64,000 nucleotides of DNA from the NCBI GenBank assembly GCA_963666285.1, contig OY762711.1; one strand, written 5' to 3'. Origin of the DNA: Sedimentisphaerales bacterium (GTDB lineage: Bacteria; Planctomycetota; Phycisphaerae; Sedimentisphaerales; SM23-30). The stretch's first letter is position 1, and each line of letters starts with the position of its first letter. The translations under genes were made by a program, and so were the position numbers. Positions 19,915 through 31,185 of the stretch are shown in pieces. Below the pieces are notes generated by a model that worked only from the letters and a program-made list of their open reading frames with translations, made no database searches and had not been told where the DNA came from.

Positions 19915-22900
19915 ATGAAAGCAGCATATTTGTTTTCCAGTGCAGCGTTGAAAAAAGTTTCGTTCCTTCTAGCAATCACCTTTTTGTATAGTACCTCTGT
20001 GTATGCAGTATGGATGGACCGCACCGACAAGGGCGGGGTAGTCAAGGCCAGTTCTCAGATCCATGAGGGTGAAGCAATGGAAATGGCGTTTGATAATACC
20101 ACCAGTACTAAGTGGTTGACGGATCATACCTCAACCGGCTGGCTCCAGTTTCAATTTCCAAACAACCAGCAATATTCAATAACGCGATATTCAATATCAT
20201 CAGCCAATGATGCACAAGAACGCGACCCTTACAATTGGACATTATACGGCTCCAATGATGAAGAAACCTGGACCGTAGTAGATACCAAGGAAGGTGAAAC
20301 CTGGACAGACAGGTGGCAGAGGCGAGAGTTTATTTGCGACAGTCCCGGCGCGTATAATTTTTATAAGCTGGATATAACAGCGAATAGGGTTGCATCATCA
20401 AACCTGACAGGTTTTTCGGAGATGGAACTTCTAGAGGATGTATTCCAGGCACAGACACCAACACCGGCAGATAATTCAGAGGGAATATTATATTATAATC
20501 CAACATTGAGCTGGGAAGGGCCGTCAGAATTAGCTACCCCAGAATATGCAATTTATCTGTCAGACGATCTTTCATTGGTAGAGCAGTCAGATCCATCAGT
20601 TTTGGTGGCACAGCAGTTTGAAACAAGTTTGTCTGTAGGTTATCTTGATACTTTTACTACTTATTACTGGCGAGTAAATGTAATTAATGGCGGCCATGCC
20701 GGAGATGTCTGGCAGTTTCAGACAGAGCAGCCGAGTTTGGATTGTCTGACGCTGACAGGCGATATTGATAATGACTGCCAGGTAGATATGTCTGAACTTG
20801 AACTAATCGCAGCTCAGTGGTTAGCAGAGGCATGTCCGGCGGGTCCTTGTGCCGATATTGATGACTCTTCAAAAGTTGATATGGCGGATCTGGCGAAGGT
20901 TTCCGATGACTGGTCCAAAGAGGCAGGTACAATTGTCCTGCACGAGATAATGGCAGATAATGAAACTACCTTGGCAGATAATTTTGGTGAATATCCAGAT
21001 TGGATAGAGATACGGAATCTAGGCAATACAGCGCAGAACCTGGAAGGCTGGTACCTGACAGATGATGATGAACAACTGGATAAATGGGTTTTTCCAAGTG
21101 TAGAGATAAGTCCGAAAGGATACCTGATAGTATTTGCTTCAGGATTAGACCTGACAGATGATCCGGAATATTTGCATTTGAACTTTAAGTTAAGTAAAGG
21201 CGGTCAGTACTTGGCACTGGTACGGCCTGATATGTCAATAGCTCACGAATTCAGCCCGGAATATCCAGAGCTGGGTAATGACGAGGCTTACGGTTTGACA
21301 TTACTGTCGGGAGAAGAATCCTTTGTAACCAGTCTTCTGGCATCTCCAACGCCAAACGCTTCAAATGCATCGGCGGTAGTATGGGGCAAGCCGGAATTTT
21401 CGGTTCCGTCAGGCATTTACGAGGATGCATTAACTTTAGAGCTATCTTATGCTAAGCCAGGATACGAGATACGTTACACGCTAGATGGTTCATTACCGAC
21501 AGGGATATCAGAGTTGTATACCGGTCCACTGACAGTGTCGCATTCGACCTGTATCCGAGCGTCAGCATATAAAGAGAAATATCTGCCCGGCAAACCAGCG
21601 ACGCAGACGTTTATTTTCCTGGACGACGTTGCCCAGCAGTCAGCTTTGCCGGATGGATTTCCAGATTACTGGAAGGCAACAGAAGCCGATTATGAAATGG
21701 ACCCTGATATTGTAGGCGACCCTGTTTACGGTCCACAGTTGAAATCTTCGCTGCTTTCGCTGCCAACAATTTCAATTGTAACAGATCAGGATAATCTGTT
21801 TGATTCTAATATTGGTATTTACTCGAACCCGACCCAGGAGGGCGTAAGCTGGGAACGACCAGCTCATGTTGAGCTAATAACTCAGGATGGTTCAGATGAG
21901 TTCCAGATAGATTGCGGATTAAGGATACAAGGTGGAGCGTTCAGGCGTTTTGACCTGACAAGGAAGAAGTCGTTCAGGCTGGTATTTAAGCGAGAGTATG
22001 GAAATGGCAAGCTGAACTTCCCTCTATTTGACTATGACCCAGACGCTTCAGAAAGTTATGATACAATAACGTTGCGTGCCGGTGCTAATGACGGTTATTC
22101 CTGGAGCACAGGATATCTGACCGAGCAATATATTCGAGATGAATTTGGCCGTAGTGTGCAGTGTGATTCCGGTAATGCCGGGTCGCATGGAACATTTTTC
22201 CATTTATATCTAAACGGATTATACTGGGGTTTATATAACGCAGTAGAGCGACCTGATAATTCCTTTAGCGCCACTTATAACGGTGGAGATAAGGATGACT
22301 GGGATGCAATTAATGCCGGAGACCTTAGTGAGGGCAGTATGGATGCCTGGAATAGTCTTGTAAGCAAATGTCAGTCCGGTATGAGTACGATGGAAGCTTA
22401 CGAGGAAATTCAGGGTAATAATGCAGACGGCAGTCGCAACCCAGAATACCCCGTTCTTATTGATATGGCCAATTATATTGACTATATAACAATCAATATG
22501 TGGGGCGGAAACGGCGACTGGCCGCATCGTAACTACTGGGTAGGCAGAGATCGCAGTGAAGACAGTGAAGGTTTCCAATTCTATTGCTGGGATTATGAAG
22601 GAACGATATCATCGCCATTTGCCCAATATAATAAAGTTACAGCAGATTTAAATTCCGGAGCAGGAATACCACATAATTATTTGAGAGCCAATTCAGAGTA
22701 TAAGGTTTTATTTGGAGATCGCGTCCACAAGTTATTCTTTAATGGTGGAGCATTGACTACAGATGTTAATATTCAACGTTATACTGATCTTGCCAATTGG
22801 GTAGAGCCTGCGATAATAGCAGAATCAGCCCGGTGGGCGGACCAGCATCATACAGATCCGCCAAGTTTGGATGAATGGATAGCCAAGCGAGATGATATTC

Positions 22901-25251
22901 TGACAAATTATCTGCCAACGAGATCAGATATTGTACTGCAACAATTGCGAGATGCGGGTTATTATCCAGACTTAGACGCACCGGTATTCAATGTAAACGG
23001 TACTTATCAGTATGGCGGATACGTTGAATCCGGAGATGTTTTGACAATGGCCAGCACTGTTTCGGGTGTAGGTGAAATGTACCTGGTTCCAGAGTCATAT
23101 CCGGTTTATATATATGTACCAATAGATGATACATTAGGTTTGAGCTGGACTGCGCCGGAGTTTGTTCCGGATTCCAGCTGGACAGACGGGACAACAGTAA
23201 CCGGTGTTGGTTATGAGCGTTCTTCCGGTTATGAAGATCTAATAGGTACAGACATGCATGATGCGATGTACGGGGTTTCTACCTCTGTTTACTGCCGTAT
23301 GGAATTTAGCTGTGAGAGCGTCGCCCAGGTGCAGGGTCTGGTCCTGGAAATGAAATATGATGATGGTTTCATAGCTTATCTGAATGGTGTTGAAGTATGC
23401 CGTACGACAAATATCACGTCAGATGTTCCGGGCAGTGCATCGGCAAGAAATCATGAAGCCGGATACTATTATGAAGAGTTTGATATTACCTCTTATATCA
23501 ATCTGCTGAATACAGGGACAAATGTTTTAGCGATTCATGGAATTAATTATTCCACGACCAGCAGTGATATGATAATTATGCCGCAATTGAAGATGCAATA
23601 TGAATCAGTTCCGGTATATTATACGACTGATGGTACTGATCCTCGTTTGCTAGGCGGGGAAGTTAATCCAAGCGCTAAAACTTATTATGGCCCGATATCA
23701 ATGACTGAAAGCTGTCTGATAAAGGCACGGGTATATGTGAACGAGCAATGGAGCGCATTAAATGAAGCTCAATATGCAGTTGGTCCGGTTGCTGACAGTC
23801 TGCGTATAACAGAGATTATGTATAACCCGTCAACAGATCCAAACAGTGAGTTTATTGAACTGATGAATATAGGTGTAGAATCAATAAATCTTAACCAGGC
23901 AGAACTGACCAAAGGTGTAGAGTTTATTTTTGGTTCTCTTGAAGTTGCACCGGGTGATCGTGTTGTCGTTGTTAGGAATATTGATGCTTTTACTGCCCAG
24001 TATCCCGATTTTAGTGGTGTGATAGCCGGTGAATATAGTGGTTCTCTTGATAACGGCGGAGAGAGGATCAAGCTTATTGATGTTCTAGGTACCGAGATAC
24101 TTGATTTTGACTATAAAGATTCATGGTATGATATAACCGATGGAGAAGGATTTTCGCTGGTAATCAAAGATCCGTTAGCGTCAGATATAACATTATGGGA
24201 TGATAAATCAGGTTGGCGTCCAGGAGCAGTGCCGGGCGGAACCCCTGGTACAGACGATAGCGACCTGATACCAGCTATAGGTTCAATTGTGTTCAATGAA
24301 ATTTTATCACATTCAGATCAGGATGAATATGACTGGATAGAACTGTATAATACAACAGATGAACCAATTAATATTGGCGGCTGGTATTTGTCAGATAATA
24401 ATGACGATGATGCCAAACGCAAGAAGTACCAGATTGCCGAGGGTACTGTTATCAAAGCCCATGATTATAAAGTATTTTATGAAAATCTGCATTTTGGCAA
24501 TATAGGCGATTCCGGCTGCAGTATACCATTCCAGTTAAGTGAAAATGGTGAGACAATCTACCTCCAGTCCGGCAGTAACGGTGTACTAACCGGTTACTAT
24601 CAGGAGGAAGAGTTTGGTGCGGCAGAAAGAGATATTGCTTTTGGCCGATATCAGAAGAGTGACGGCGGAATTAATTTTGTAGCTATGAGTTCCAATACCC
24701 CGGGAGATGATAATGCGTATCCTAAGGTAGGGCCTGTTATTATAACAGAGATTATGTACCATCCTGAAGATGACGGTGATGCTGAATATGTAGAGCTGCA
24801 GAATATTAGCGGATCACCGGTGCCGCTTTATGATTATGAGACAGGAGCCGCCTGGCGTTTTGTTGATAATAAAGATGATATTGGTGTTGAGTTTTATTTT
24901 CCAGTGGATAGCCCGGTTGTTCTTGCGGCAAATGAAAAGATCCTGCTGGTTAAGAACCTGGCAGCGTTTAGCGATGAATTTGGAGAACCTGCATCCGGTC
25001 TGAAAATATTCGAATGGCTGGACGGCAGCCTGAGCAATGGCAGCGAGAAGCCAGAGCTTCAGATGCCGGGTGATGTTGATGAATCTATGACTCGATATTA
25101 TATTCGCATTGATCGTGTCAGTTATGATGATGAGTCTCCATGGCCAACAGAAGCAGATGGAGATGGATATTCACTGGAACGTATCAGTACAACAGTATAT
25201 GGTAATGATCCTGCCAGCTGGCAGGCCGCCAGTCCGACACCTGGCAGTTGA
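19915..25251 (+). CDS. Giant secreted CotH-kinase family protein with discoidin-like, dockerin-like, several lamin-tail and chitobiase-type FN3 domains
   Basis: LHEIMADN..DWIEI.N, IRYTLDGS.P, KKSFRL.F, LYLNG.YWGLY...ER, DWPH.N, WDYE, ITEIMY.P repeats. Confidence 0.88.
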   Translation: MKAAYLFSSAALKKVSFLLAITFLYSTSVYAVWMDRTDKGGVVKASSQIHEGEAMEMAFDNTTSTKWLTDHTSTGWLQFQFPNNQQYSITRYSISSANDAQERDPYNWTLYGSNDEETWTVVDTKEGETWTDRWQRREFICDSPGAYNFYKLDITANRVASSNLTGFSEMELLEDVFQAQTPTPADNSEGILYYNPTLSWEGPSELATPEYAIYLSDDLSLVEQSDPSVLVAQQFETSLSVGYLDTFTTYYWRVNVINGGHAGDVWQFQTEQPSLDCLTLTGDIDNDCQVDMSELELIAAQWLAEACPAGPCADIDDSSKVDMADLAKVSDDWSKEAGTIVLHEIMADNETTLADNFGEYPDWIEIRNLGNTAQNLEGWYLTDDDEQLDKWVFPSVEISPKGYLIVFASGLDLTDDPEYLHLNFKLSKGGQYLALVRPDMSIAHEFSPEYPELGNDEAYGLTLLSGEESFVTSLLASPTPNASNASAVVWGKPEFSVPSGIYEDALTLELSYAKPGYEIRYTLDGSLPTGISELYTGPLTVSHSTCIRASAYKEKYLPGKPATQTFIFLDDVAQQSALPDGFPDYWKATEADYEMDPDIVGDPVYGPQLKSSLLSLPTISIVTDQDNLFDSNIGIYSNPTQEGVSWERPAHVELITQDGSDEFQIDCGLRIQGGAFRRFDLTRKKSFRLVFKREYGNGKLNFPLFDYDPDASESYDTITLRAGANDGYSWSTGYLTEQYIRDEFGRSVQCDSGNAGSHGTFFHLYLNGLYWGLYNAVERPDNSFSATYNGGDKDDWDAINAGDLSEGSMDAWNSLVSKCQSGMSTMEAYEEIQGNNADGSRNPEYPVLIDMANYIDYITINMWGGNGDWPHRNYWVGRDRSEDSEGFQFYCWDYEGTISSPFAQYNKVTADLNSGAGIPHNYLRANSEYKVLFGDRVHKLFFNGGALTTDVNIQRYTDLANWVEPAIIAESARWADQHHTDPPSLDEWIAKRDDILTNYLPTRSDIVLQQLRDAGYYPDLDAPVFNVNGTYQYGGYVESGDVLTMASTVSGVGEMYLVPESYPVYIYVPIDDTLGLSWTAPEFVPDSSWTDGTTVTGVGYERSSGYEDLIGTDMHDAMYGVSTSVYCRMEFSCESVAQVQGLVLEMKYDDGFIAYLNGVEVCRTTNITSDVPGSASARNHEAGYYYEEFDITSYINLLNTGTNVLAIHGINYSTTSSDMIIMPQLKMQYESVPVYYTTDGTDPRLLGGEVNPSAKTYYGPISMTESCLIKARVYVNEQWSALNEAQYAVGPVADSLRITEIMYNPSTDPNSEFIELMNIGVESINLNQAELTKGVEFIFGSLEVAPGDRVVVVRNIDAFTAQYPDFSGVIAGEYSGSLDNGGERIKLIDVLGTEILDFDYKDSWYDITDGEGFSLVIKDPLASDITLWDDKSGWRPGAVPGGTPGTDDSDLIPAIGSIVFNEILSHSDQDEYDWIELYNTTDEPINIGGWYLSDNNDDDAKRKKYQIAEGTVIKAHDYKVFYENLHFGNIGDSGCSIPFQLSENGETIYLQSGSNGVLTGYYQEEEFGAAERDIAFGRYQKSDGGINFVAMSSNTPGDDNAYPKVGPVIITEIMYHPEDDGDAEYVELQNISGSPVPLYDYETGAAWRFVDNKDDIGVEFYFPVDSPVVLAANEKILLVKNLAAFSDEFGEPASGLKIFEWLDGSLSNGSEKPELQMPGDVDESMTRYYIRIDRVSYDDESPWPTEADGDGYSLERISTTVYGNDPASWQAASPTPGS

Positions 25252-25391
25252 CGAATGATGCCGTTTACAGGCTGAGAAACATCAGTATCGAAAAGAACTT
25301 CAAGCTCTTCAGGGTAACTTTACCAGTATATCCAGAAGAGCTTTTTTATAAACGTTATTGTAGAGAGTGTCGATTGTGTATTACAGGGTTA

Positions 25392-26054
25392 TCAGTGCAG
25401 CTCACCATTTTGCAGTTTTATACAATCGCCGGCTAGCTCCGGAACCATTTGTGGGATATGGTTGCATATATAATCAATATGTTTCTGCTCTGCGAGTTGA
25501 AAGGTTTGCAGGTTTTGTAAAAAAGCAGAGTTGGCAGAATTGATAACTCCGGTGAACAGTGAGTTGATTTCCGAGCCTTCGATACTTATTACAAGCTGTA
25601 AAACTTCGTGTTCGGTCTCAATATGTTCAGATTGCAGTTCAATATCATCCATTGTTTGTTCCAGTATGGGCAGGGTATTTTCCCATTGAGCGAATCTTGC
25701 ATATTGTGTATGTTTTCTGCCTGAGAGTTTTCGGCATATTTCCAGAATTTCAGCATGTTCCTGTTCCTGATCAGCCAGATTCTGCAGGAAAATACACAAA
25801 TCTTTTTTGTGCTGCATTCGCAATGAAAGATAATAATACAGGTGGTTGGCACGCTGCTCAAGTTTAATGCAGCGATCAATGACTTTAGCAACGTTTACCT
25901 GTGGAGGAGTCATCTGGCAGTGAATCGCTACCAGGTCAAGAAAGGTCTGGTTCGGGCTGGCAAACAGTACATGCCAGAATAATTTCCAACCGAAGCACCG
26001 GATCGTGACAATAGGGTGAGAGCAAACTTCTTTTTTGCATATTACGCCAGTCAT
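25392..26054 (-). CDS. Ferritin/rubrerythrin-like four-helix protein
   Basis: E..A..LY, LA.QE.EH, E..H motifs. Confidence 0.7.
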   Translation of the reverse strand: MTGVICKKEVCSHPIVTIRCFGWKLFWHVLFASPNQTFLDLVAIHCQMTPPQVNVAKVIDRCIKLEQRANHLYYYLSLRMQHKKDLCIFLQNLADQEQEHAEILEICRKLSGRKHTQYARFAQWENTLPILEQTMDDIELQSEHIETEHEVLQLVISIEGSEINSLFTGVINSANSAFLQNLQTFQLAEQKHIDYICNHIPQMVPELAGDCIKLQNGELH

Positions 26055-26488
26055 TATATAACCTTAGGTGATTTTTAGTGTTTTGCACCAGATGGCAAAC
26101 GAGCGTCTCCTAGCCATTCTAATCTTATCCCATTATTAAGTTTGGGTCAAGAGATGCAGGCAGAGAGTTGCATCTATCAGTTCATATTTTCAAGATGTGA
26201 TATTAATAACTAGTTATGATTAAAAGGTTTATCGTTAAAAAGCCTCCTGTATTTTACTGATTGATAAGTAGGCATATTATTTTAGAGAAACTCACAGAAT
26301 TATGATAGATGTTTGAAGAATGGTTAGATTTTGTGGTTTGCAAGTTAGGTTTAAGTGTTGCTGTATTTGATATAAGTTATTGTTTGTTATGAGTTTATTA
26401 ACTATGTTGACAAAGTTGGTGTTGTTATTTAGAATTAATTCAAATATTTTGGAATATCAGATTATCTAATGAAAGAGAGAGTCAGGGC

Positions 26489-27985
26489 GTGAAAAAAAAA
26501 GTAAATATTATTGGAGCCGGTATTGCCGGTTTGTCGGCAGGTTGTTATCTCCAGATGAATGGTTATGATTCCGAGATTTTTGAGCTGCATAATATTCCCG
26601 GTGGGTTGTGCACAACCTGGAAGCGGGGAGAGTATACTTTTGACGGCTGTATTCACTGGCTGGTAGGCTCCAATCCAAGGGACTCGTTTTATAAAATCTG
26701 GAATGAACTAATTGATATGTCTTCGATAGATTTTGTTGAACCGGAAGAGGCATTGCGGGTAGAAGATGGTTCGGGGGACAGTATAAGGGTTTTCAGTAAT
26801 GTCGACAAGCTGGAAGAAGAGATGCTGGCAAAGGCTCCGTCTGATAAAGAGCTTATCTGTAAGTTTTGCAATGCGGTTCGCAAGTTCAGTGAGTTTGAGT
26901 TGCCAATAGAAAAGTCTCAAGAGTTGTTTTCAGTATTTGATAAGATGAAATTCATATTTAGATTTCTACCATACTTTAAGGATATGAAATACTGGATGGG
27001 TATGACAGCCCATGAGCTGGCAGATAAATGTACTGACCCTCTGTTAAGAAAGACATTTGAATATTTATTTTTTCCTGATATGGCTGCATTGTTTCTAGTC
27101 TTTACCCTGGCCTGGCGTAATAAAGGCAGTGCCGGGTATCCTATAGGAGGATCACTAGAGTTTGCCCGGAAAATAGAAGAGAGATATTTAAGTTTAGGAG
27201 GCAAGGTCAGTTATAAGTCAAGAGTCAAGAAGATTGTTGTTGAGAATGGCTGTACTAAAGGTGTTCGGCTGGAGAATGATGAAATTCATAATGCTGATAT
27301 TGTGATTTCTGCGGCAGATGGTTATTGTACAGTCTATGAAATGTTAGAAGGAAAGTATGTTGATGATGAGATTAACGGTTATTATAAAAATTTCAATGTC
27401 TTTCCATCTTATCTCCAGATTTCTTTAGGGGTAGGCAGGACTTTTGATGATTGCCCTCATACTACAGTTTTTCCGCTGGAGACTCCGATTCAAATCGGCA
27501 GGGCGGATAAGGCAGACTATATCGGGGCAAGGATATTCAACTTTGACTCTACTATGGCACCAGAAGGAAAGACGGTTTTAACTGTAATTTTACCAACAGA
27601 TGATAATGAATATTGGGAAAAGATGAGGCTGGAGGATATTGATAAATATCGAAAAGAGAAAAGCAGAATTGCAGGTGAAGTTATATCAGCGTTAGAGAAG
27701 AGATTTGGTGATATCGAAGGCAAGGTTGAGCAAATAGATGTATCTACGCCGGCAACGGTCAGGCGTTATACAAATAACTGGAAGGGCAGCCTGGAAGGTT
27801 GGGTTTTGTCGCCAGAGGTTGGCTTCAAGCAGATGAAAAAGGTATTGCCGGGATTAAGTAATTTTTATATGGCCGGGCAATGGGTAGAGCCGGGTGGAGG
27901 TTTGCCGCCTGCAATATTGTCAGGAAGAAATGTTACGCAGTTGATATGCAGGGCGGATAAGGTGAAATTTAGGAACAGTTTATAG
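26489..27985 (+). CDS. Phytoene dehydrogenase-like NAD(P)/FAD oxidoreductase
   Basis: IIGAGIAGLSAG, GGLCTTW.R..Y.FDG, GQWV.PGGGLP. Confidence 0.9.
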   Translation: MKKKVNIIGAGIAGLSAGCYLQMNGYDSEIFELHNIPGGLCTTWKRGEYTFDGCIHWLVGSNPRDSFYKIWNELIDMSSIDFVEPEEALRVEDGSGDSIRVFSNVDKLEEEMLAKAPSDKELICKFCNAVRKFSEFELPIEKSQELFSVFDKMKFIFRFLPYFKDMKYWMGMTAHELADKCTDPLLRKTFEYLFFPDMAALFLVFTLAWRNKGSAGYPIGGSLEFARKIEERYLSLGGKVSYKSRVKKIVVENGCTKGVRLENDEIHNADIVISAADGYCTVYEMLEGKYVDDEINGYYKNFNVFPSYLQISLGVGRTFDDCPHTTVFPLETPIQIGRADKADYIGARIFNFDSTMAPEGKTVLTVILPTDDNEYWEKMRLEDIDKYRKEKSRIAGEVISALEKRFGDIEGKVEQIDVSTPATVRRYTNNWKGSLEGWVLSPEVGFKQMKKVLPGLSNFYMAGQWVEPGGGLPPAILSGRNVTQLICRADKVKFRNSL

Positions 27986-28006
27986 TAAATTGTTTTTACT
28001 AAAAGG

Positions 28007-28045
28007 AAAAAGCGACTATTTCTTAATGCAGAAACAGTCGCTTTT
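28007..28045 (+). terminator. Intrinsic terminator (possibly bidirectional)
   Basis: AAAAGCGACT...AGTCGCTTTT. Confidence 0.6.
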
Positions 28046-28399
28046 AATTTACATGATTAGTTGACGGATTCCAATCTATGAAATCGATTATACATAGAAA
28101 AGCAGAATCAAGAATAATCATAGGTGTTATCGGCACTAAAAACGACTAATTTGAGCATGAAGTCTAAAATGGACAATTTTGCCTGTTTGCGTTTTATAAG
28201 GTCTTTATTACAAGGCGGTTACTCTTTGTTATTTAATTGACCATAATACTTATTAAGCGCACAGTATGCGTAAAACGGAGTATTTTCCTGCGCTAAATAG
28301 CCTTGCATTAGTCGATTTAATTTTGGACAATAAAAATATAAATCTTTTTTAGGTTTGGAAAGATTTTCTAGAAAATTATTATAATTTGAAAGTGGAATT

Positions 28400-30301
28400 A
28401 TGGAGGTCGTAATGAGAAAGGTCGTATTGGCTCTGTCTGCAGTAGTTTTGTTGTCTTATTCAATGGTTTATGCCGTTGATGGTTTTGCCTCCGAAAATGG
28501 AGGGACGACCGGTGGTGCCGGTGGAGCAACAGTTACAGTTACGAATGGCGCAGATTTTTTGACTTATGTAGAAGAGGAAGATACTCCTTATATCATTCAG
28601 ATATCCGGAACAGTTGAGCTTTCTGAAGCAGATGGCGGAAGAGTCCGAATTCAGTCTAATAAGACCATAAAAGGTATTGGTGACAATCCTACAATAATAG
28701 GAAGCCTGGGTTTTAAAAATAAATGCAGGAATGTTATTATCGAAGGTCTGACGGTTACGTGTCCAGATGGTTATACAAGTGAGGAAGATGGTATAAGTGT
28801 AAAAGATGATATTGAAAATGTTTTTATCACCAAGTGTACTCTTTTTGATTGTTATGATGGTTGTATTGATGTTGCCCGCCGGTCTGACTGGGTAACAATT
28901 TCATGGTGCAGATTTTATTTTAATGGAAATAACGGCAATAACAACCGTGTCAGCCTGATAGGAAATTCTGATGGTGCTTCTGACGATCTTGGTCATTTAC
29001 ACGTAACACTGCATCATAACTGGTACGATAAGGACTGTATGCAGCGAATACCGTCGGTTCGCTACGGTCGTGTACACATATACAATAACTATTATGACTG
29101 TCAGAATGAAGAAATGATTTACTGTGTCTGGTCTCGTATACAGGCAGAGTGTCTGATAGAGAATAACTATTTCAAGGAAGTGAATAACCCTTATGTGAAT
29201 AATCGTGATGGAGCCCCCGTGGAAGAGTGGGGTAAGATTGGAGCATCCGGCAATATAATTGATAATTGCACCGGCGATGTTCATGATGGTACCGATGTCG
29301 TTTTTGACCCACCGTATGACTATTCTCTGGACGATGCAAATTTTGTTCCTGCTATAGTTAAATATAGTGCCGGTGCAGATGGTAAGGAAGGTACTCCGCC
29401 TCATTGGTATTTTGGCCAGTATGGTGATTTTGATATGAGTGGTTTTGTCGATATTGTAGATTTTGCGTCGTTTGCTACTTACTGGCTAGGGACAGAAAAT
29501 ATAGAAAACGCAGATTATGATGAAAGCGGAAGAGTTGATCTGGGTGAATTTGCGATGTTCTCAGGTAACTATATGTATGTCGCACCAGACACGACAGCTC
29601 CTGAAGTGCCAGCAGACCTTTGGGCTCTCGGACAGGACGGGCAGATAAGTTTAGATTGGTCAGAAAACAATACCGAAGCTGATTTTGCCGGATATAATCT
29701 GTATCGTTCTACAAGTCCATCTTCAGGTTTTGTCAAAGTAAACGGTATGCTGCTGCAAAACTCAAAATTCAACGATATTGCTGTTACTAACGGCACAATG
29801 TATTTCTATGAAGTTAAGTCATTAGATACAAGTGGCAATGAGTCTGTCGGTTCGATTCTAGCTTGTGCTGTTCCGGGAACAACGAATCTGCTTATCCAGG
29901 AAGAGGCTCTTGGTTTCTGTATGTCTGGTGACATTCAGACGATTGAAACCAAAAACAGCGGATTTACCGGTCTTGCTTATGCCAATACTTATAACGAGAC
30001 AGGCATGGGAGTTGACTATAGTGTTAATATAACAACCGCCGGTACGTACACATTGACTTTCAGGTATGCCGGTACAACCAACAGAACGGCAAATCTAATT
30101 GTTAACGGTGTTACTGAAGTGACAGGTATTCCATTTGTCAGCACAGGTGCCTGGACCAGCTGGGCTACAGAAACAGTGATGGTTGATCTTAGTGCAGGCG
30201 TTAAATCAATCCGGCTGGAAGCTACTACCGGTGATGGTTTGAGCAATATTGATTATATGCAGATTGAGGGGGCCGGTCCTGAGGCTACTGTTTGTCCATA
30301 A
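28400..30301 (+). CDS. Pectate lyase (PL1) with dockerin-like, FN3 and CBM35-like domains
   Basis: GTTGGAGG, SNKTI.G, DG.ID, VT.HHNW, R.PSVRYG.VH.YNNY; C-terminal FRYA...TGAWTSW...NIDY. Confidence 0.9.
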   Translation: MEVVMRKVVLALSAVVLLSYSMVYAVDGFASENGGTTGGAGGATVTVTNGADFLTYVEEEDTPYIIQISGTVELSEADGGRVRIQSNKTIKGIGDNPTIIGSLGFKNKCRNVIIEGLTVTCPDGYTSEEDGISVKDDIENVFITKCTLFDCYDGCIDVARRSDWVTISWCRFYFNGNNGNNNRVSLIGNSDGASDDLGHLHVTLHHNWYDKDCMQRIPSVRYGRVHIYNNYYDCQNEEMIYCVWSRIQAECLIENNYFKEVNNPYVNNRDGAPVEEWGKIGASGNIIDNCTGDVHDGTDVVFDPPYDYSLDDANFVPAIVKYSAGADGKEGTPPHWYFGQYGDFDMSGFVDIVDFASFATYWLGTENIENADYDESGRVDLGEFAMFSGNYMYVAPDTTAPEVPADLWALGQDGQISLDWSENNTEADFAGYNLYRSTSPSSGFVKVNGMLLQNSKFNDIAVTNGTMYFYEVKSLDTSGNESVGSILACAVPGTTNLLIQEEALGFCMSGDIQTIETKNSGFTGLAYANTYNETGMGVDYSVNITTAGTYTLTFRYAGTTNRTANLIVNGVTEVTGIPFVSTGAWTSWATETVMVDLSAGVKSIRLEATTGDGLSNIDYMQIEGAGPEATVCP

Positions 30302-30332
30302 AATAACTTTACCAATAAAGTTAAATTATTTG

Positions 30333-30372
30333 TGCCGTTACCGGGTATATATCCCGATAGCGGCATTTTTTT
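30333..30372 (+). terminator. Intrinsic terminator
   Basis: TGCCGTTACCGGG...CCCGATAGCGGCA followed by T7. Confidence 0.7.
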
Positions 30373-30420
30373 ATATGAAACTACATTTGTGGTGATTATA
30401 ATTAATGTACGTGAGGAAAT

Positions 30421-31050
30421 ATGATTTCATTTAACGATATAATTCTATTCTCGATAACTGTATTTATCGCATCTATTATACCAGGACCGAGTATGCTGCT
30501 TGCACTTACACATGGAATGCAGTATGGCATGCGCAGGACTGTTGTATCTGCACTTGGCAATGTTACAGTAACTATATTGCAGGCCATTGTATCTATTGCG
30601 GGTTTAGGTACAATACTTATAGCTTCTGAGTCGTTTTTTCATTATGTAAAGCTTGCCGGAGCATGTTATCTTATCTATATGGGAGTCTGTATTTTATTTT
30701 TTTCCGGTTTCTTTACAGGTCCTACAATTCAAGATGATAAACGTAAAGCGAAGTCGTTATTGAAAATGTATGTGCAGTCAGTATGTGTAACGGGAGGAAA
30801 TCCAAAGGCTATCGTATTTTTTACAGCTGTTTTTCCCCAGTTTATAGATCTTAATTCATCCTGTCTGCCCCAGTTTTGTCTGCTTATCAGTATTCTGGCA
30901 AGTATCGCATTTGCATGTTTTATGATCTATGCTTTTGGCGGCCAGAAGGTAGTATCCTTATTTACACGCACTACAGTAGTGAAATATATCAAAGTTATAT
31001 TGGGGCAGGACTGCATCTGGCACTGGACAGAGATTAGGGTTATCAAATAG
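30421..31050 (+). CDS. LysE/RhtB family translocator; C-terminus apparently frameshifted
   Basis: PGPSMLL, GACYLIYMG, NPKAIVFF..VFPQF. Confidence 0.85.
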   Translation: MISFNDIILFSITVFIASIIPGPSMLLALTHGMQYGMRRTVVSALGNVTVTILQAIVSIAGLGTILIASESFFHYVKLAGACYLIYMGVCILFFSGFFTGPTIQDDKRKAKSLLKMYVQSVCVTGGNPKAIVFFTAVFPQFIDLNSSCLPQFCLLISILASIAFACFMIYAFGGQKVVSLFTRTTVVKYIKVILGQDCIWHWTEIRVIK

Positions 31051-31185
31051 TACTTGTAGTAAATTGCATATGCCGATATATAAGTGGTATTACCAAAAAA
31101 CTTCTTGAAAAATCCAATTTGCGGAGTATTATCTAACTCTTTATAGCAAACGGTTTAATTAACACTTTTCATAAAGGAGCAACAC

